64,000 bases of DNA, from positions 352,001-416,000 of the forward strand of contig CAWHTE010000001.1 of assembly GCA_963832165.1 (NCBI GenBank). The letters run 5' to 3'. Of this stretch, positions 28,970-38,687 are shown piece after piece (position 1 is the first letter of the stretch; every line of letters begins with the position of its first letter). Both the position numbers and the translations under genes were made by a program. A model generated the notes under the pieces. The model was not told where the DNA came from and did no database searches. It was given only the letters and a program-made list of their open reading frames with translations. Origin of the DNA: an uncultured delta proteobacterium. GTDB taxonomy: Bacteria > Myxococcota_A > UBA9160 > SMWR01.

Positions 28970-30360
28970 GCGCGGACCAGGGACACTGGGACGGCGCAGG
29001 CGACGAGGGAGAGGGCGGCGGACTTCCGGAGTTCCTGCTCGATCCGATCGGGGTGTTCTGGCGGCGCTGGCTCCCGATGGCGCTCTGCCTCGCCGTGGGC
29101 CTGATCGTGACGATCGTCGCGGTGATCCTGTGGAAGCCGGTCTTCCTCGCGAAGTCGACGATCCTGATCACGAGCCAGCAGATCCCGAAGGACTTCGTGC
29201 GCTCGACCGTGGAAGAGGACAGCCTCTCGAACATCAGCGCGATGATCGGCGAGGTGTTGTCGGCCGAGAACCTCTCGAACGTGATCGACCGCCACAATCT
29301 CTTTCCGAAGATCGCCGGCGAAGCCGCCCGGATCGACCTCGTGAACCAGATGCGCTCCAGGATCTCCGCCGCCCCGCAGATCCGGCCCGGCGAACGCACC
29401 CAGTCGATCGTGTACGAGATCGGCTACGAGTCGGGGAACCCGCAGGAAGCGGCGATCGTGACGAACGCGCTCGCGGCGCTGTTCATCGAGGCCAGCGTCG
29501 AGCGCCGCAACACCCAGGCCCGTCGCACGACGGTGTTCCTGCGCAACGCGCTCGATCGCACCGAGAAGGAGCTCCGCGAGCAGTCGGGTCGGGTGACCGC
29601 GTTTCGCCAGGAGCACCGCGGCGAGCTGCCCGACGAGCAGGAGACGAGCCTGCGCCGGCTCGAGCTGCTGGCCGGTCAGCGCGAGTCGCTCGCCCAGCAG
29701 ATCACGGCGAAGGAAGACCGCCTGATCTCGATCTCTTCGCACGGCAGCGAGGCGTCGGAGAGCGAGGTGATGATCAGCGACCTGCGCCGGCAGCTGGCGC
29801 GCGAGACCGCAATCCACACCGATTCGCATCCCAACGTGATCGCGCTGCGCGAACGCCTCGCTCGCCTCGAGGAGGCGAACCGGAACGCACCGCTTTCGGA
29901 CAGCACGTCGCGCATGATCAAGGACGAGCGCCGCGAGGTGGCGCGCCTGCGCGAGCAGCGCGACCGCATCGAAGCCGAGCTCGCGGAGCTCAACAATCGT
30001 GTCGACCGGATCCCGCGGATCGCCGAGGAGCTTGCAGCACTTCAGCAGAAGGAGACCGTGCTGCGCGACGACTACACACTCGCGATGCGCAAGGTGGAGC
30101 AGGCGGAGCTCGCCGAGAACCTCGAATCGGCGCGCCAGGGCGGGCAGGTGTCGATCCTCGATCCGGCCGCGATTCCGACCTCGCCCAAGCTGGCTCGCTC
30201 GATGGTGCTGCTCATGGGTCTGGCCGCGAGCCTGGGACTCGCGGTCGGAGTGGCGGGGCTGCTCGAGCTGATCGATCCGGTCGTGATCGGCGCGCGCCAC
30301 GTCGCGAAGTTCAGCGATCGGCCGATCCTCGGCACGGTTCCGCTGGTCGTCTCGAACTAG
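28966..30360 (+). CDS. Polysaccharide co-polymerase / chain-length determinant (Wzz/GumC)
   Basis: Two TM segments flanking a coiled-coil, HPNV motif, ILDPA..PTSP, PILGTVP. Coupled to the kinase gene. Confidence 0.88.
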   Translation: MSADQGHWDGAGDEGEGGGLPEFLLDPIGVFWRRWLPMALCLAVGLIVTIVAVILWKPVFLAKSTILITSQQIPKDFVRSTVEEDSLSNISAMIGEVLSAENLSNVIDRHNLFPKIAGEAARIDLVNQMRSRISAAPQIRPGERTQSIVYEIGYESGNPQEAAIVTNALAALFIEASVERRNTQARRTTVFLRNALDRTEKELREQSGRVTAFRQEHRGELPDEQETSLRRLELLAGQRESLAQQITAKEDRLISISSHGSEASESEVMISDLRRQLARETAIHTDSHPNVIALRERLARLEEANRNAPLSDSTSRMIKDERREVARLREQRDRIEAELAELNNRVDRIPRIAEELAALQQKETVLRDDYTLAMRKVEQAELAENLESARQGGQVSILDPAAIPTSPKLARSMVLLMGLAASLGLAVGVAGLLELIDPVVIGARHVAKFSDRPILGTVPLVVSN

Positions 30361-30457
30361 CGCGAGCTAGTTCGCGAGGCGGGCTTCGCCCGCCTGCGGT
30401 CTACTCGGGCAACTCTCGAGTCTGACGACTCTCGAGTCGCGCCCTCCTAGTTCGAGA
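30350..30457. repeat. Hairpin cluster between convergent stop codons (terminator- or REP/MITE-like)
   Basis: CGAACTAGC-GCGA-GCTAGTTCG, AGGCGGGC-TTC-GCCCGCCT, ACTCTCGAGTC twice, and CTAGTTCG at 30367 and 30447. Confidence 0.6.
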
Positions 30458-31490
30458 TATAGGGGCGCAGGCGCGCCCCGACCGCGGTGGCGGCGCTCAC
30501 GGGCAGGCGCGTCCAGACCTGCGCGAGCCGCTGCAAGAGCGATCCGGGGCCCGCCGACGATTCGGACAGCGGCACACCGTCGCGGTCGAGCCGAACCCAG
30601 GCCAGCTCTCGCTCGACCGCTCCCCAGCCCAGCTTGAAGCGATGCGTGCCGCTGTCGCGCGGCGAGCGCCCGAAGTCGAACCAGCGCGCGCCGCGCGCGA
30701 TCGCCCAGCGGATCGCCTCCCAGTAGATCAGGTTGTTGGGGCAGCGCGCGCGCTCGGCGCGCAACGTCGAGGCCCACGGCACGGTCACGGTTCCTGCGTA
30801 GTCGATCGCGACGAGCCCACCCACGGACCGGTCGCCCAGCATCGCGAGGTGGATGCTCAGGCGATCACCGAACACGCTGGCCGCGACGTCGTAGAAGCGC
30901 CGGGCGTGAGCGGGTGACCCGAGGTCGCGCATGTTGACGGCGAACGGCGCGAAGAAATCGGCCACGCGCTCGCGCGCCGATCCCGAAGGCCCGGGCGCGA
31001 GTCCCGACTGCGACGCCTTGCGCGTCTGGTTGCGCACCTTCGATCCGAGCGCCTTCCACTGCGCCTGCTCTTCCGAGTCGAGCTGCAGCACGAGGTCGAC
31101 GCGATGCTGCTCGGGCGCGAAGGGCACCTCGCGCAGCGGAACGAGCTGCCGCAGCTCGATCGCGTTTGCACCGAGCTCGCGCGCGAGCTCGCGAGCCCCG
31201 CCGAGCAGGACGCGCTCCGCAGCTGCGTCCACGGCCAGCACGCCGCCCGTGTCGAGGAAGGGCAGCGACACGAGCTCGCGGCGGCCGCGCAGGGTTCGGA
31301 AGCATACGAGCGGGAGCACCCCCGCGAGCGTGCCGCTCGCGTCGCGCACGGCGAGATAGTGCGGCGAGAGCCGGTAGGCCTCACGCAGGATGAGCGCCCA
31401 GGCGGCCGCGTGCCCGAGGGCTCCGCCCGGCGTCGCCGCGACGAACGCGTCCCATTCCGCGCCGGGTTCGTCGACCTGCTCGAGCTGCAT
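30447..31490 (-). CDS. FemAB-related GNAT-fold protein, PEP-CTERM/exosortase-A system type
   Basis: LVSLPFLDTGG, KVRNQTRKA, NMRDLGSP, PNNLIYW, FDFGRS, FKLGWG. GGAG RBS before ATG 31490. Confidence 0.9.
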   Translation of the reverse strand: MQLEQVDEPGAEWDAFVAATPGGALGHAAAWALILREAYRLSPHYLAVRDASGTLAGVLPLVCFRTLRGRRELVSLPFLDTGGVLAVDAAAERVLLGGARELARELGANAIELRQLVPLREVPFAPEQHRVDLVLQLDSEEQAQWKALGSKVRNQTRKASQSGLAPGPSGSARERVADFFAPFAVNMRDLGSPAHARRFYDVAASVFGDRLSIHLAMLGDRSVGGLVAIDYAGTVTVPWASTLRAERARCPNNLIYWEAIRWAIARGARWFDFGRSPRDSGTHRFKLGWGAVERELAWVRLDRDGVPLSESSAGPGSLLQRLAQVWTRLPVSAATAVGARLRPYISN

Positions 31491-31591
31491 GTGGCTCCGC
31501 CGGAGGTTAGCCGGAGTGGGGTTCTGCCGATGCATCCCGCAGAAGGACGGCGTAGCTTGGCGCGGGCCGGCAGAACGAGGGTGGAAGAGTC

Positions 31592-32467
31592 TTGCTGAAC
31601 GCCTTCTCGGTCGATCTGGAGGAATACTTCCAGGTCGCGAACTTCGACCGCGTCATCGAGCGCGCGCGCTGGCCCGAGTTTCCCCAGCGCGCCGAGGCGC
31701 AGACCCACCGACTACTCGATCTTTGCGATCGCACGCGAACGCGCGCGACCTTCTTCGTGCTGGGCTGGGTGGCCGAGCGGCAGCCGCAGCTCCTGCGCGA
31801 GATCGCGGCCCGCGGGCACGAGATCGCCTGTCACGGCTACGGCCACGAGCTTTTGTACGAGATCGGCCCCGAGCGATTCCGCGAGGACCTGAAGCGCGCG
31901 CGCGCGGTGATCGAGGATGCGGTGGGCGCGCAGGTCGAGGGCTATCGCGCCCCGAGCTTCTCGATCACCGACCGCTCGCTATGGGCCCTGGAGATCCTCG
32001 CCGAGCAGGGCTTCCGTTTCGACTCGTCGATCTTCCCGGTTCGCCATCACCGCTATGGGATCCCGGACTTCCCGCGCGAGCCGGTGCGCCTGTCGCTGCC
32101 CTCGGGCAAGCAGATCGTCGAGTTCCCGCTCACGACACTGGCCTGGGGACCGCTGCGCTTCCCCGTGGCGGGCGGCGGCTATCTGCGTCTGCTCCCGTTC
32201 GCGCTGCTGCGCTGGGGAATCGGGCGACTCGTCGCGGCCGGGCGACCGACCGTGCTCTACGTGCACAACTGGGAGATCGACGCGGAGCAGCCGCGCCAGC
32301 CGGTTTCCGCGCTCGTGCGCTGGAACCACTATCACAACCTCGAGCGCGTCGAAGGGCGCCTGCAGATCCTGCTCGAGCGCGCGCGTTATGCGCCGCTGCG
32401 GGACGTGATCGGCGCGCTCGAAGCGAGCGCGCGGCTCGCGACCACCCCGTTGAGCGCGCCAGCGTGA
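31592..32467 (+). CDS. Polysaccharide deacetylase, exosortase-A-associated (DUF3473-type)
   Basis: NAFSVDLEEYFQV, ATFFVLGW, HEIACHGYGH, GYRAPSFS, DSSIFP, GGGYLR, YVHNWEID. Confidence 0.9.
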   Translation: MLNAFSVDLEEYFQVANFDRVIERARWPEFPQRAEAQTHRLLDLCDRTRTRATFFVLGWVAERQPQLLREIAARGHEIACHGYGHELLYEIGPERFREDLKRARAVIEDAVGAQVEGYRAPSFSITDRSLWALEILAEQGFRFDSSIFPVRHHRYGIPDFPREPVRLSLPSGKQIVEFPLTTLAWGPLRFPVAGGGYLRLLPFALLRWGIGRLVAAGRPTVLYVHNWEIDAEQPRQPVSALVRWNHYHNLERVEGRLQILLERARYAPLRDVIGALEASARLATTPLSAPA

Positions 32468-33216
32468 TCCTCGCGCGCTGGCTCGCGCTGTTCGCGGGCT
32501 TCTCGCCGGTCCTGTTCGAGTTCGCGCGCTTCGAGGCCTGGTATGCGCCTCCGAGCACGCTCGTCGCGCCGGTGCTGATCGCGGTCTGCCTGTGGAAGGG
32601 GCCTCGGACCGCGGATCCGCCGCGGCGCGCCGGCATCGCGCTGATCGGCGCGGGATTGCTGCTCGAGCTGATCGGGATCGCCCTGCGCACCTGGACGCTC
32701 GCGTGGCTCGGCTTCCCGGTCGCCGTGCTCGGGATGGCGCTCTGGCTGGGCTACCCGTCGTGGCGCGTCGCGGTGCTGGCCTTCGGCCTGATTGCGATTC
32801 CCGAGAGCCTTCGCGCGGCCTTCTCGCCCGGTCCGGAGAGCACCCTGTTGGCCGGCGCTTGCGCGCTCTGGCGCGCGGCCGGGGTGCCGTTCTCGTGCAC
32901 CGGTCCCGTCGCGCGGATCGGAGGTCGGCACCTCGAGCTGATTGCCGACGACGTAGGCGTGATGCTCGCGGTGTTGCTCGCGCAGCTCGGCTGGTTTCTC
33001 GCGCTGCGCGAAGGGGCGAGCCTGCAGCGCGCGGTGTACCGGGCACTCGCGTTCGCGGCATCGGCTCTCGTGATCCAGCCCCTCGCGATCGTTCTTGCGC
33101 TGGGACTCCTGGCGGTGGGCTCCGAGGAGATGGCGCGCGTCTGGCTCTCGTTCGGGCTGTGGCTCGGCTGTGCCCTCGGCGTGGTCCTCTGGAGCTGGCG
33201 AAGAAGGCCCGCCTGA
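32464..33216 (+). CDS. Degenerate exosortase-like membrane protein (catalytic Cys/Arg/His not conserved)
   Basis: About 8 TM segments in the exosortase layout: LIAIP, GVPFSCTG, LELIADDVG where V.xACSG is expected, QPLAI where NxxRI is expected. GTGA-coupled to the deacetylase. Confidence 0.65.
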   Translation: MILARWLALFAGFSPVLFEFARFEAWYAPPSTLVAPVLIAVCLWKGPRTADPPRRAGIALIGAGLLLELIGIALRTWTLAWLGFPVAVLGMALWLGYPSWRVAVLAFGLIAIPESLRAAFSPGPESTLLAGACALWRAAGVPFSCTGPVARIGGRHLELIADDVGVMLAVLLAQLGWFLALREGASLQRAVYRALAFAASALVIQPLAIVLALGLLAVGSEEMARVWLSFGLWLGCALGVVLWSWRRRPA

Positions 33217-33296
33217 CCCACCCCCCCGCATTCCCTCGGGAATCGTCACCAAGGGGGCTCGAGGCAGCACTACCTTCAGAGGCACAGGACCGCCCG

Positions 33297-36185
33297 GTGA
33301 TCACCTTCCTGCTCCGATGCACTCGCAGATGCTGGCTCGCGGCCGTTCCGTTCGCGTTGGCGGTGCTGCTGCCGGCTCATGCGCGGGCACAGACCTTCAT
33401 CGAGCCCGGCTTCACGGCCCAGACCGTCGTCACGCTGCCCGCGTTTCAGGTCGTCGGCATGACGTGGGCGGACGACGGCGCGATGTTCATCTGGCAGAAG
33501 AACGGCATCGTCCGCATCTACCGCAACGGCGCACTGCTCCCGACTCCGTTCATCGACATCAGCGCACGGGTCAATACCTGGATCGACCGCGGCCTGCTGG
33601 GCCTGGCGCTCGATCCCGACTTCGCCGCGAATGGCTACGTCTACCTCGCCTACGTCCACGAAGCGGGCGGCGATCCGGAGGACACGCGCCCCAAGATCTC
33701 CCGGGTCACGCGCGTGACCGCGAATCCCGCGAATCACGATGTCGCGCTGCCCGGCAGCGAAGTGATCGTGCTCGACGACCTGCCCGTCGACCAGGCGGGT
33801 CACAGCGCAGGAACGCTGCGCTTCGCACCCGACGGAACGCTCGTGCTCAGCAACGGCGACGGCGGAAGTGCCGCGGTCGCCGCTTCGGAGGCGTTGGGAG
33901 CCCTCGACATCGATTCGGTGCGCGGGAAGATCCTGCGCTTCAACCCCGACGGCACCGCCCCCGCGCCGCCGCAGATCACCAATCCCTTCTACGACGGAAC
34001 GGACTCGGTTCGCTCCAAGGTCGTGGCGCTCGGGCTCCGCAACCCTTTCCGTTACGACTTCCATCCGATCACGGGTGAGATCTACGCGTGCGACGTCGGA
34101 TGGAACGAGTACGAGGAATTGGACCGCATCCTGCCCGGCGGGAACTACGGCTGGCCCTGTTACGAGGGCCCCGTGGAGATGGCCAACTACCAGAACCTCT
34201 ATCCCGAGGTCTGTGGCTTGCTGGAGCCGAACGACCTCGTCGCGCCGCTCTACACCTACGACCACACACAGGGATCTGCGATCGTCGGAGGCGCCTTCTA
34301 CACGGGCGGCGTCTATCCGGCCGAATTCGTGAACAACTTCTTCTTCGCCGACTACGAGGGCGGGTGGATGCGCCGCGTGGTGCTCGCGCCGGACGGCAAC
34401 ATCGACCAGAACCTGCTCTTCGCGACCAACGTCGGCGTACCCGTGTCGACGGAGGTGGGTCCCGACGGGCGGCTCTACTACGCAGACTTCGTCTCGGGGC
34501 AGATCCGCCGGATCGTGTACAACGGTCCCGTCGCGGTGGCCTCGGCCACGCCGACCTCGGGTTATGCACCGCTGCAGGTGAGCTTCTCGAGCGTGGGGTC
34601 GAGCGGCGTTTCGCCGAGCTACTTCTGGGACTTCGGCGACGGCAGCACTTCCACCGCAGCCAGCCCGACCCACACCTACTCGACCGGTCCCGTGCAGACC
34701 TACACCGCGGAGCTCACTGTGCAGAGCGGGACGCAGTCCGCTCTGGCGTCCGTCGATGTGACCGTGGGGAGTAGGCCGCCGACGCCGTCGATCCAGGCCC
34801 CCGCGAACGGCGTCGGCGTGAAGCCCGGCGTGATCGTGAACTTCTCGGGGACGGCGACCGATCCCGACCAGGCGCTTCTCCCGAGCGCGCTCGAGTGGCA
34901 GGTGCTCTTGCATCACAACACGCACGTCCATGCATTCGTGGGAGCCACGGGCTATTCGGGCAGCTTCGCGGCGGAGTACCACGGCGTCGGCACCTACTCC
35001 TACGAGCTGATCCTCACGGCGACCGACTCGAGCGGACTCTCGGCGAGCACGAGCATCCAGGTTCCGGTTCTGCCCGACGGCACGCCGCCTACCGTGCCCG
35101 CGAACCTCAAGGCCGTCGCGGCGAGCGCGTACGCCGTCGGCCTGAATTGGCTTTCCGCGAGCGACGACGCAGCCGTCGCTTCCTACCAGATCGAGCGCTG
35201 CACCGGAGCGAGCTGCAGCAACTTCGTCGAGGTCGCGTCTTCGGCAGGCACGAACTTCAGCAATACGGGCCTCTTGCCGCAGACGACCTACCGCTATCGC
35301 GTGCGCGCGAGGGACGCATCGGAGAACGCGAGCGGATACTCGAACATCGCGAGCGCGCAGACGCCCTCCGCGCCGCCGCCGCCCTCGGGTCTCGTGGCCG
35401 CTTACGGTTTCGGCGAGGGATTCGGAGCCGCGGTCGGCGACATCTCCGGCAACGGCAACCACGGCTCGACCAGCAACGGCCCGATCTGGACGCCGCTCGG
35501 ACGCTACGGCTCGGCCCTGATCTTCGACGGCCAGAACGACGTCGTGGTGGTTCCCGACGCAAATTCGCTCGACCTCACCTCCGGGATGACGCTCGAGGCC
35601 TGGGTGTATCCGACGATACCGATGTCGGACTGGGCGCAGATCCTGCAGAAGGAGGCGGACGCCTACTTCCTCAGCGCGAATACGAGCAATGATCACCCGG
35701 GAGTCGGGGGCACGTTCGGCGGTGGGTCGTGCTGCGGGATTCTGAACGGTCCGGGCTCGCTGCCCCAGGATCAGTGGTCGCACGTGGCGGCTACGTACAA
35801 CGGAAGCACGCTGCGGCTGTACGTGAACGGCGTGCAGGTGACGAGCCAGAGCCGGACCGGAAACCTGCTCACGACGAGCCTGCCGCTGCGCATCGGCGGC
35901 AACACCTACGCGAGCGAGTTCTTCCAGGGCCGCATCGACGACGTGCGGATCTACAACCGCGCGCTTCTGGCCACCGAGATCCAGAGCGACATGAACACGC
36001 CGCTGCCCGAGCCCGCGGCGCTGCCGTCGCTCTTCGCGGGCGTCGCGGCGCTCGCGTGGCTGCGCTCGCGTCGCGCTCAGCGCTCGAGCGGATGTCCGGG
36101 ATCGTCTTCGGGCTCGAGCCAGGCCTCTCGCCAGAACGAGCAGTCGTGCTGCGCCCAGAAGCGGTGGATCTCGCCCGAGGTGTAG
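33297..36185 (+). CDS. Secreted PEP-CTERM protein: glucose/sorbosone-dehydrogenase propeller + PKD + Ig-like + FN3 + LamG
   Basis: Signal ...AHARA-Q. DRGLLGLALDPDF, GLRNPFR, DVGW, NYGWP. PKD WDFGDG, FN3 YRYRVRA, LamG WSHVAATY...IDDVRIY. Sorting signal LPEP-hydrophobic-RSRR at about 36003-36075. Confidence 0.9.
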   Translation: MITFLLRCTRRCWLAAVPFALAVLLPAHARAQTFIEPGFTAQTVVTLPAFQVVGMTWADDGAMFIWQKNGIVRIYRNGALLPTPFIDISARVNTWIDRGLLGLALDPDFAANGYVYLAYVHEAGGDPEDTRPKISRVTRVTANPANHDVALPGSEVIVLDDLPVDQAGHSAGTLRFAPDGTLVLSNGDGGSAAVAASEALGALDIDSVRGKILRFNPDGTAPAPPQITNPFYDGTDSVRSKVVALGLRNPFRYDFHPITGEIYACDVGWNEYEELDRILPGGNYGWPCYEGPVEMANYQNLYPEVCGLLEPNDLVAPLYTYDHTQGSAIVGGAFYTGGVYPAEFVNNFFFADYEGGWMRRVVLAPDGNIDQNLLFATNVGVPVSTEVGPDGRLYYADFVSGQIRRIVYNGPVAVASATPTSGYAPLQVSFSSVGSSGVSPSYFWDFGDGSTSTAASPTHTYSTGPVQTYTAELTVQSGTQSALASVDVTVGSRPPTPSIQAPANGVGVKPGVIVNFSGTATDPDQALLPSALEWQVLLHHNTHVHAFVGATGYSGSFAAEYHGVGTYSYELILTATDSSGLSASTSIQVPVLPDGTPPTVPANLKAVAASAYAVGLNWLSASDDAAVASYQIERCTGASCSNFVEVASSAGTNFSNTGLLPQTTYRYRVRARDASENASGYSNIASAQTPSAPPPPSGLVAAYGFGEGFGAAVGDISGNGNHGSTSNGPIWTPLGRYGSALIFDGQNDVVVVPDANSLDLTSGMTLEAWVYPTIPMSDWAQILQKEADAYFLSANTSNDHPGVGGTFGGGSCCGILNGPGSLPQDQWSHVAATYNGSTLRLYVNGVQVTSQSRTGNLLTTSLPLRIGGNTYASEFFQGRIDDVRIYNRALLATEIQSDMNTPLPEPAALPSLFAGVAALAWLRSRRAQRSSGCPGSSSGSSQASRQNEQSCCAQKRWISPEV

Positions 36186-37332
36186 ACCCCCTTGAGCATG
36201 ATGCAGGGCGTCTTCATGGGCACCATCTTGCCGTTCCGATCGTCGATGATGCGCTCCACGCGCGCTTCGACCTCGTAGCTGTGGCCGCAGTGCTTGATCA
36301 TGTCGGGATCGAACCAGAGTCCGCGATTCTTGCCCCGCTTGTCGAGCGTCGCCGCGATGGTCTCTTTGTCGCGCACGCGAACGCGATCACCGGGCGCGAA
36401 GCCGCGGTGCTCGACCGGCGTGCGCCCGACGACGCCGTCGGGACGCCACGGATACTGGGTGCCGCCGCGCCGGAGCTGGACGCGATTGAACAGGCGGGTC
36501 AAGAGACCCACCGCGAAAGCCCGCGGCGCCACGTTCCCCACCGCGAGCGGCACGAGATCGGCGCGCGGATCCCAGGAGCGCATCGGCGTCGATGAGGCGA
36601 CGACCTGCGTGTACTGGCAGACATAACGCGTATCGTCGGTGCCCGCGCTCGCGGCATCGCTCACCGGGGACGCGTTGCGTTTCGCGGTCTGGGGCGCCGA
36701 CGCGGGCTCGAGCCATGCGGGCTTCCACATCATGTAGCAGGCGGCCTGGCAGCCGCCGTGTGCCGCTCCGTTGCAGCGCAGATTCGCGAGCAGCACCGCC
36801 GAGCCCCGCGTGAAACGCAGCCGTTTGTTCCCGCCGTAGTCGTAGAGCCGGTCGACGACGCGAAACACGCGCGCGACCTGTCCCGCGTAGGGCTCCATCT
36901 CCGCCATGAACGGCATGCCCTCGAGCGCGCCGTCGCGGTCGAGCGTCGTGCGGATGTCTTCGAGCGAGCGCACCCGCACCCAGTCGCCTACTACGTACGG
37001 CTGTCGCGCGAGCAGCCGCCGCAGCGCGGGAAAGCGCACCACGGAGCGCGCCGAGACGAGCGCGGACTCGTAGCGGCTCTGGTTCAGGCGCAGGAAGAGG
37101 TCTTCGCCCTGCGCTTCGGCGTCGTCGCGGCGCAGCGCGAGCCACCTCCCGGCCGCAACGAGGCCACAGCCTGCGGCGCCATCGCGAGCAGCGCGCCGCA
37201 GAGCGCGAGAGCGATCCCACTGGCCTGGAACGCGAGGAACGAGCCGAGTGCGAGCAGTCCGCCCAGAGCACCTGCCGCGACTGCGGATTTCCGGTAGCTC
37301 CGTCGATGCGGCGCGATCGGGCTCACGCGCAC
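36077..37332 (-). CDS. Membrane-anchored protein with two tandem SH3-like Cys/His repeats; frameshift near 37177
   Basis: Repeats GDWVRVRS..I..TLD..G...EM...W..AWLE and GDRVRVRD..I..TLD..G...DM...FWREAWLE. The frame is open upstream of 37042 and joins the hydrophobic 37084-37332 ORF after a 1-nt shift. Confidence 0.7.
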
Positions 37333-37354
37333 GGCCCCGGCCGCTGGCGCCGCC

Positions 37355-38687
37355 TCAACGCCCGATCCCCTCGTAGATCTCGACCGAGTCCGGCTCGATC
37401 ATGCGGCGTCCGTCGACCAACACCACCGCGGGGGTGCGCCCGCGGATCAGCGCGGGCACGGATGCGAACTCGGCCCAGCGCGTGACCAGCATCGCAGCCT
37501 GGGCATCCGCGAGCACCGACACGAGCGAGTCGGCGAACTTCATCGGCACGTCAGCGAGCGCGCGCCGCGAAGCCTCGACCGCCTTCGGATCCCAGGCGCG
37601 CACGTCTGCGCCGAGTCGCACGAGATCGCGAATCAACGGCAGCGCGGGCGAGTGCCGGATGTCGTCCGTGTCGGGCCGGAAGGACAGACCCAGCACCGCG
37701 ACGCGCACGCCGCGCAGCGACGGAAAATGCTTCTCGAGCAGCGCGACGAGGCGCGCCGGCTGGTCCTCGTTGATCTGCAGCACGGCGTCGAGCATCCGCA
37801 TCGGGATGCCAGCCGCCTCACCGTGCGCGCGCAGCGCCGCGGTGTCCTTGGGCAGGCAGCTGCCGCCGAAGCCACAGCCGGCCCACAAGAACGAGCTGAT
37901 CGGGGCAAGTCGGTCGGCGCCGTTCTCGAGCGTGAGGTAGCGGCTCGCGTGCACGCCGCGCATGACGTCGGCGATGTCGACACCGCCGAGCGCCGCCGCG
38001 AGGTTCGCGAGCTCATTGGAGAACGAGATCATCGTCGCGAGCAGCGTGTTCGAGGCGTACTTGATCATCTCGGCGGTCGAGGGCGTGGTGCGGATGAACG
38101 GGACGTCGCTGAAGCTCGCGTACAGCTCGTCGAGCTCGCGCAGCGTGTCGGTGTCGTTCGCGCCCAGCACGATGCGGTCCGGGAACATGAAGTCGCGCAC
38201 CGCCTCGCCTTCGGTGAGGAACTCGGGATTCACCCCGACGCCGAGCTCGGAGCCCGCCTTGCGCCCGGAGGCCTTCTCGAGCACGGGCAGCACCACGCCC
38301 GATGTGGTGCCCGGAACCACGGTGCTCTTGACCACGATGGTGTGTCGCCCGGGCTTTGTGCGCAGCGCGCGCCCGATCTGCTCGGCGGCTCCGCACACCT
38401 GCGTGAGATCGATCGACTTGCCGTCGAAGGGCGTGCCGACCGCGATCAGCGTGAGGTCGCTCTCGCGAACCGCGCCGGCGAGGTCGGTCGTCGCGTCGAG
38501 GCCGCGCGCCGACATTGCGCGCGAGCAGCTCGGGAAGCCCCGGCTCGAAGAACGGAGCGTCGCCGCGCCGGATCGCATCGACCTTGGCCGCGTCTGCGTC
38601 GATGCACATGACCGTGTGTCCGCGGTCCGCGAGACAGACTCCCGAGACCAGGCCTACGTAGCCGGAGCCGACGATCGAGACCTTCAT
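37355..38687 (-). CDS. ugd: UDP-glucose/GDP-mannose dehydrogenase family protein; +1 frameshift near 38501
   Basis: IVGSGYVGL in one frame. AVGTP, KSTVVPGT, NPEFL, AEMIKYASN and GFGGSCLPKD in the next frame. Confidence 0.85.
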
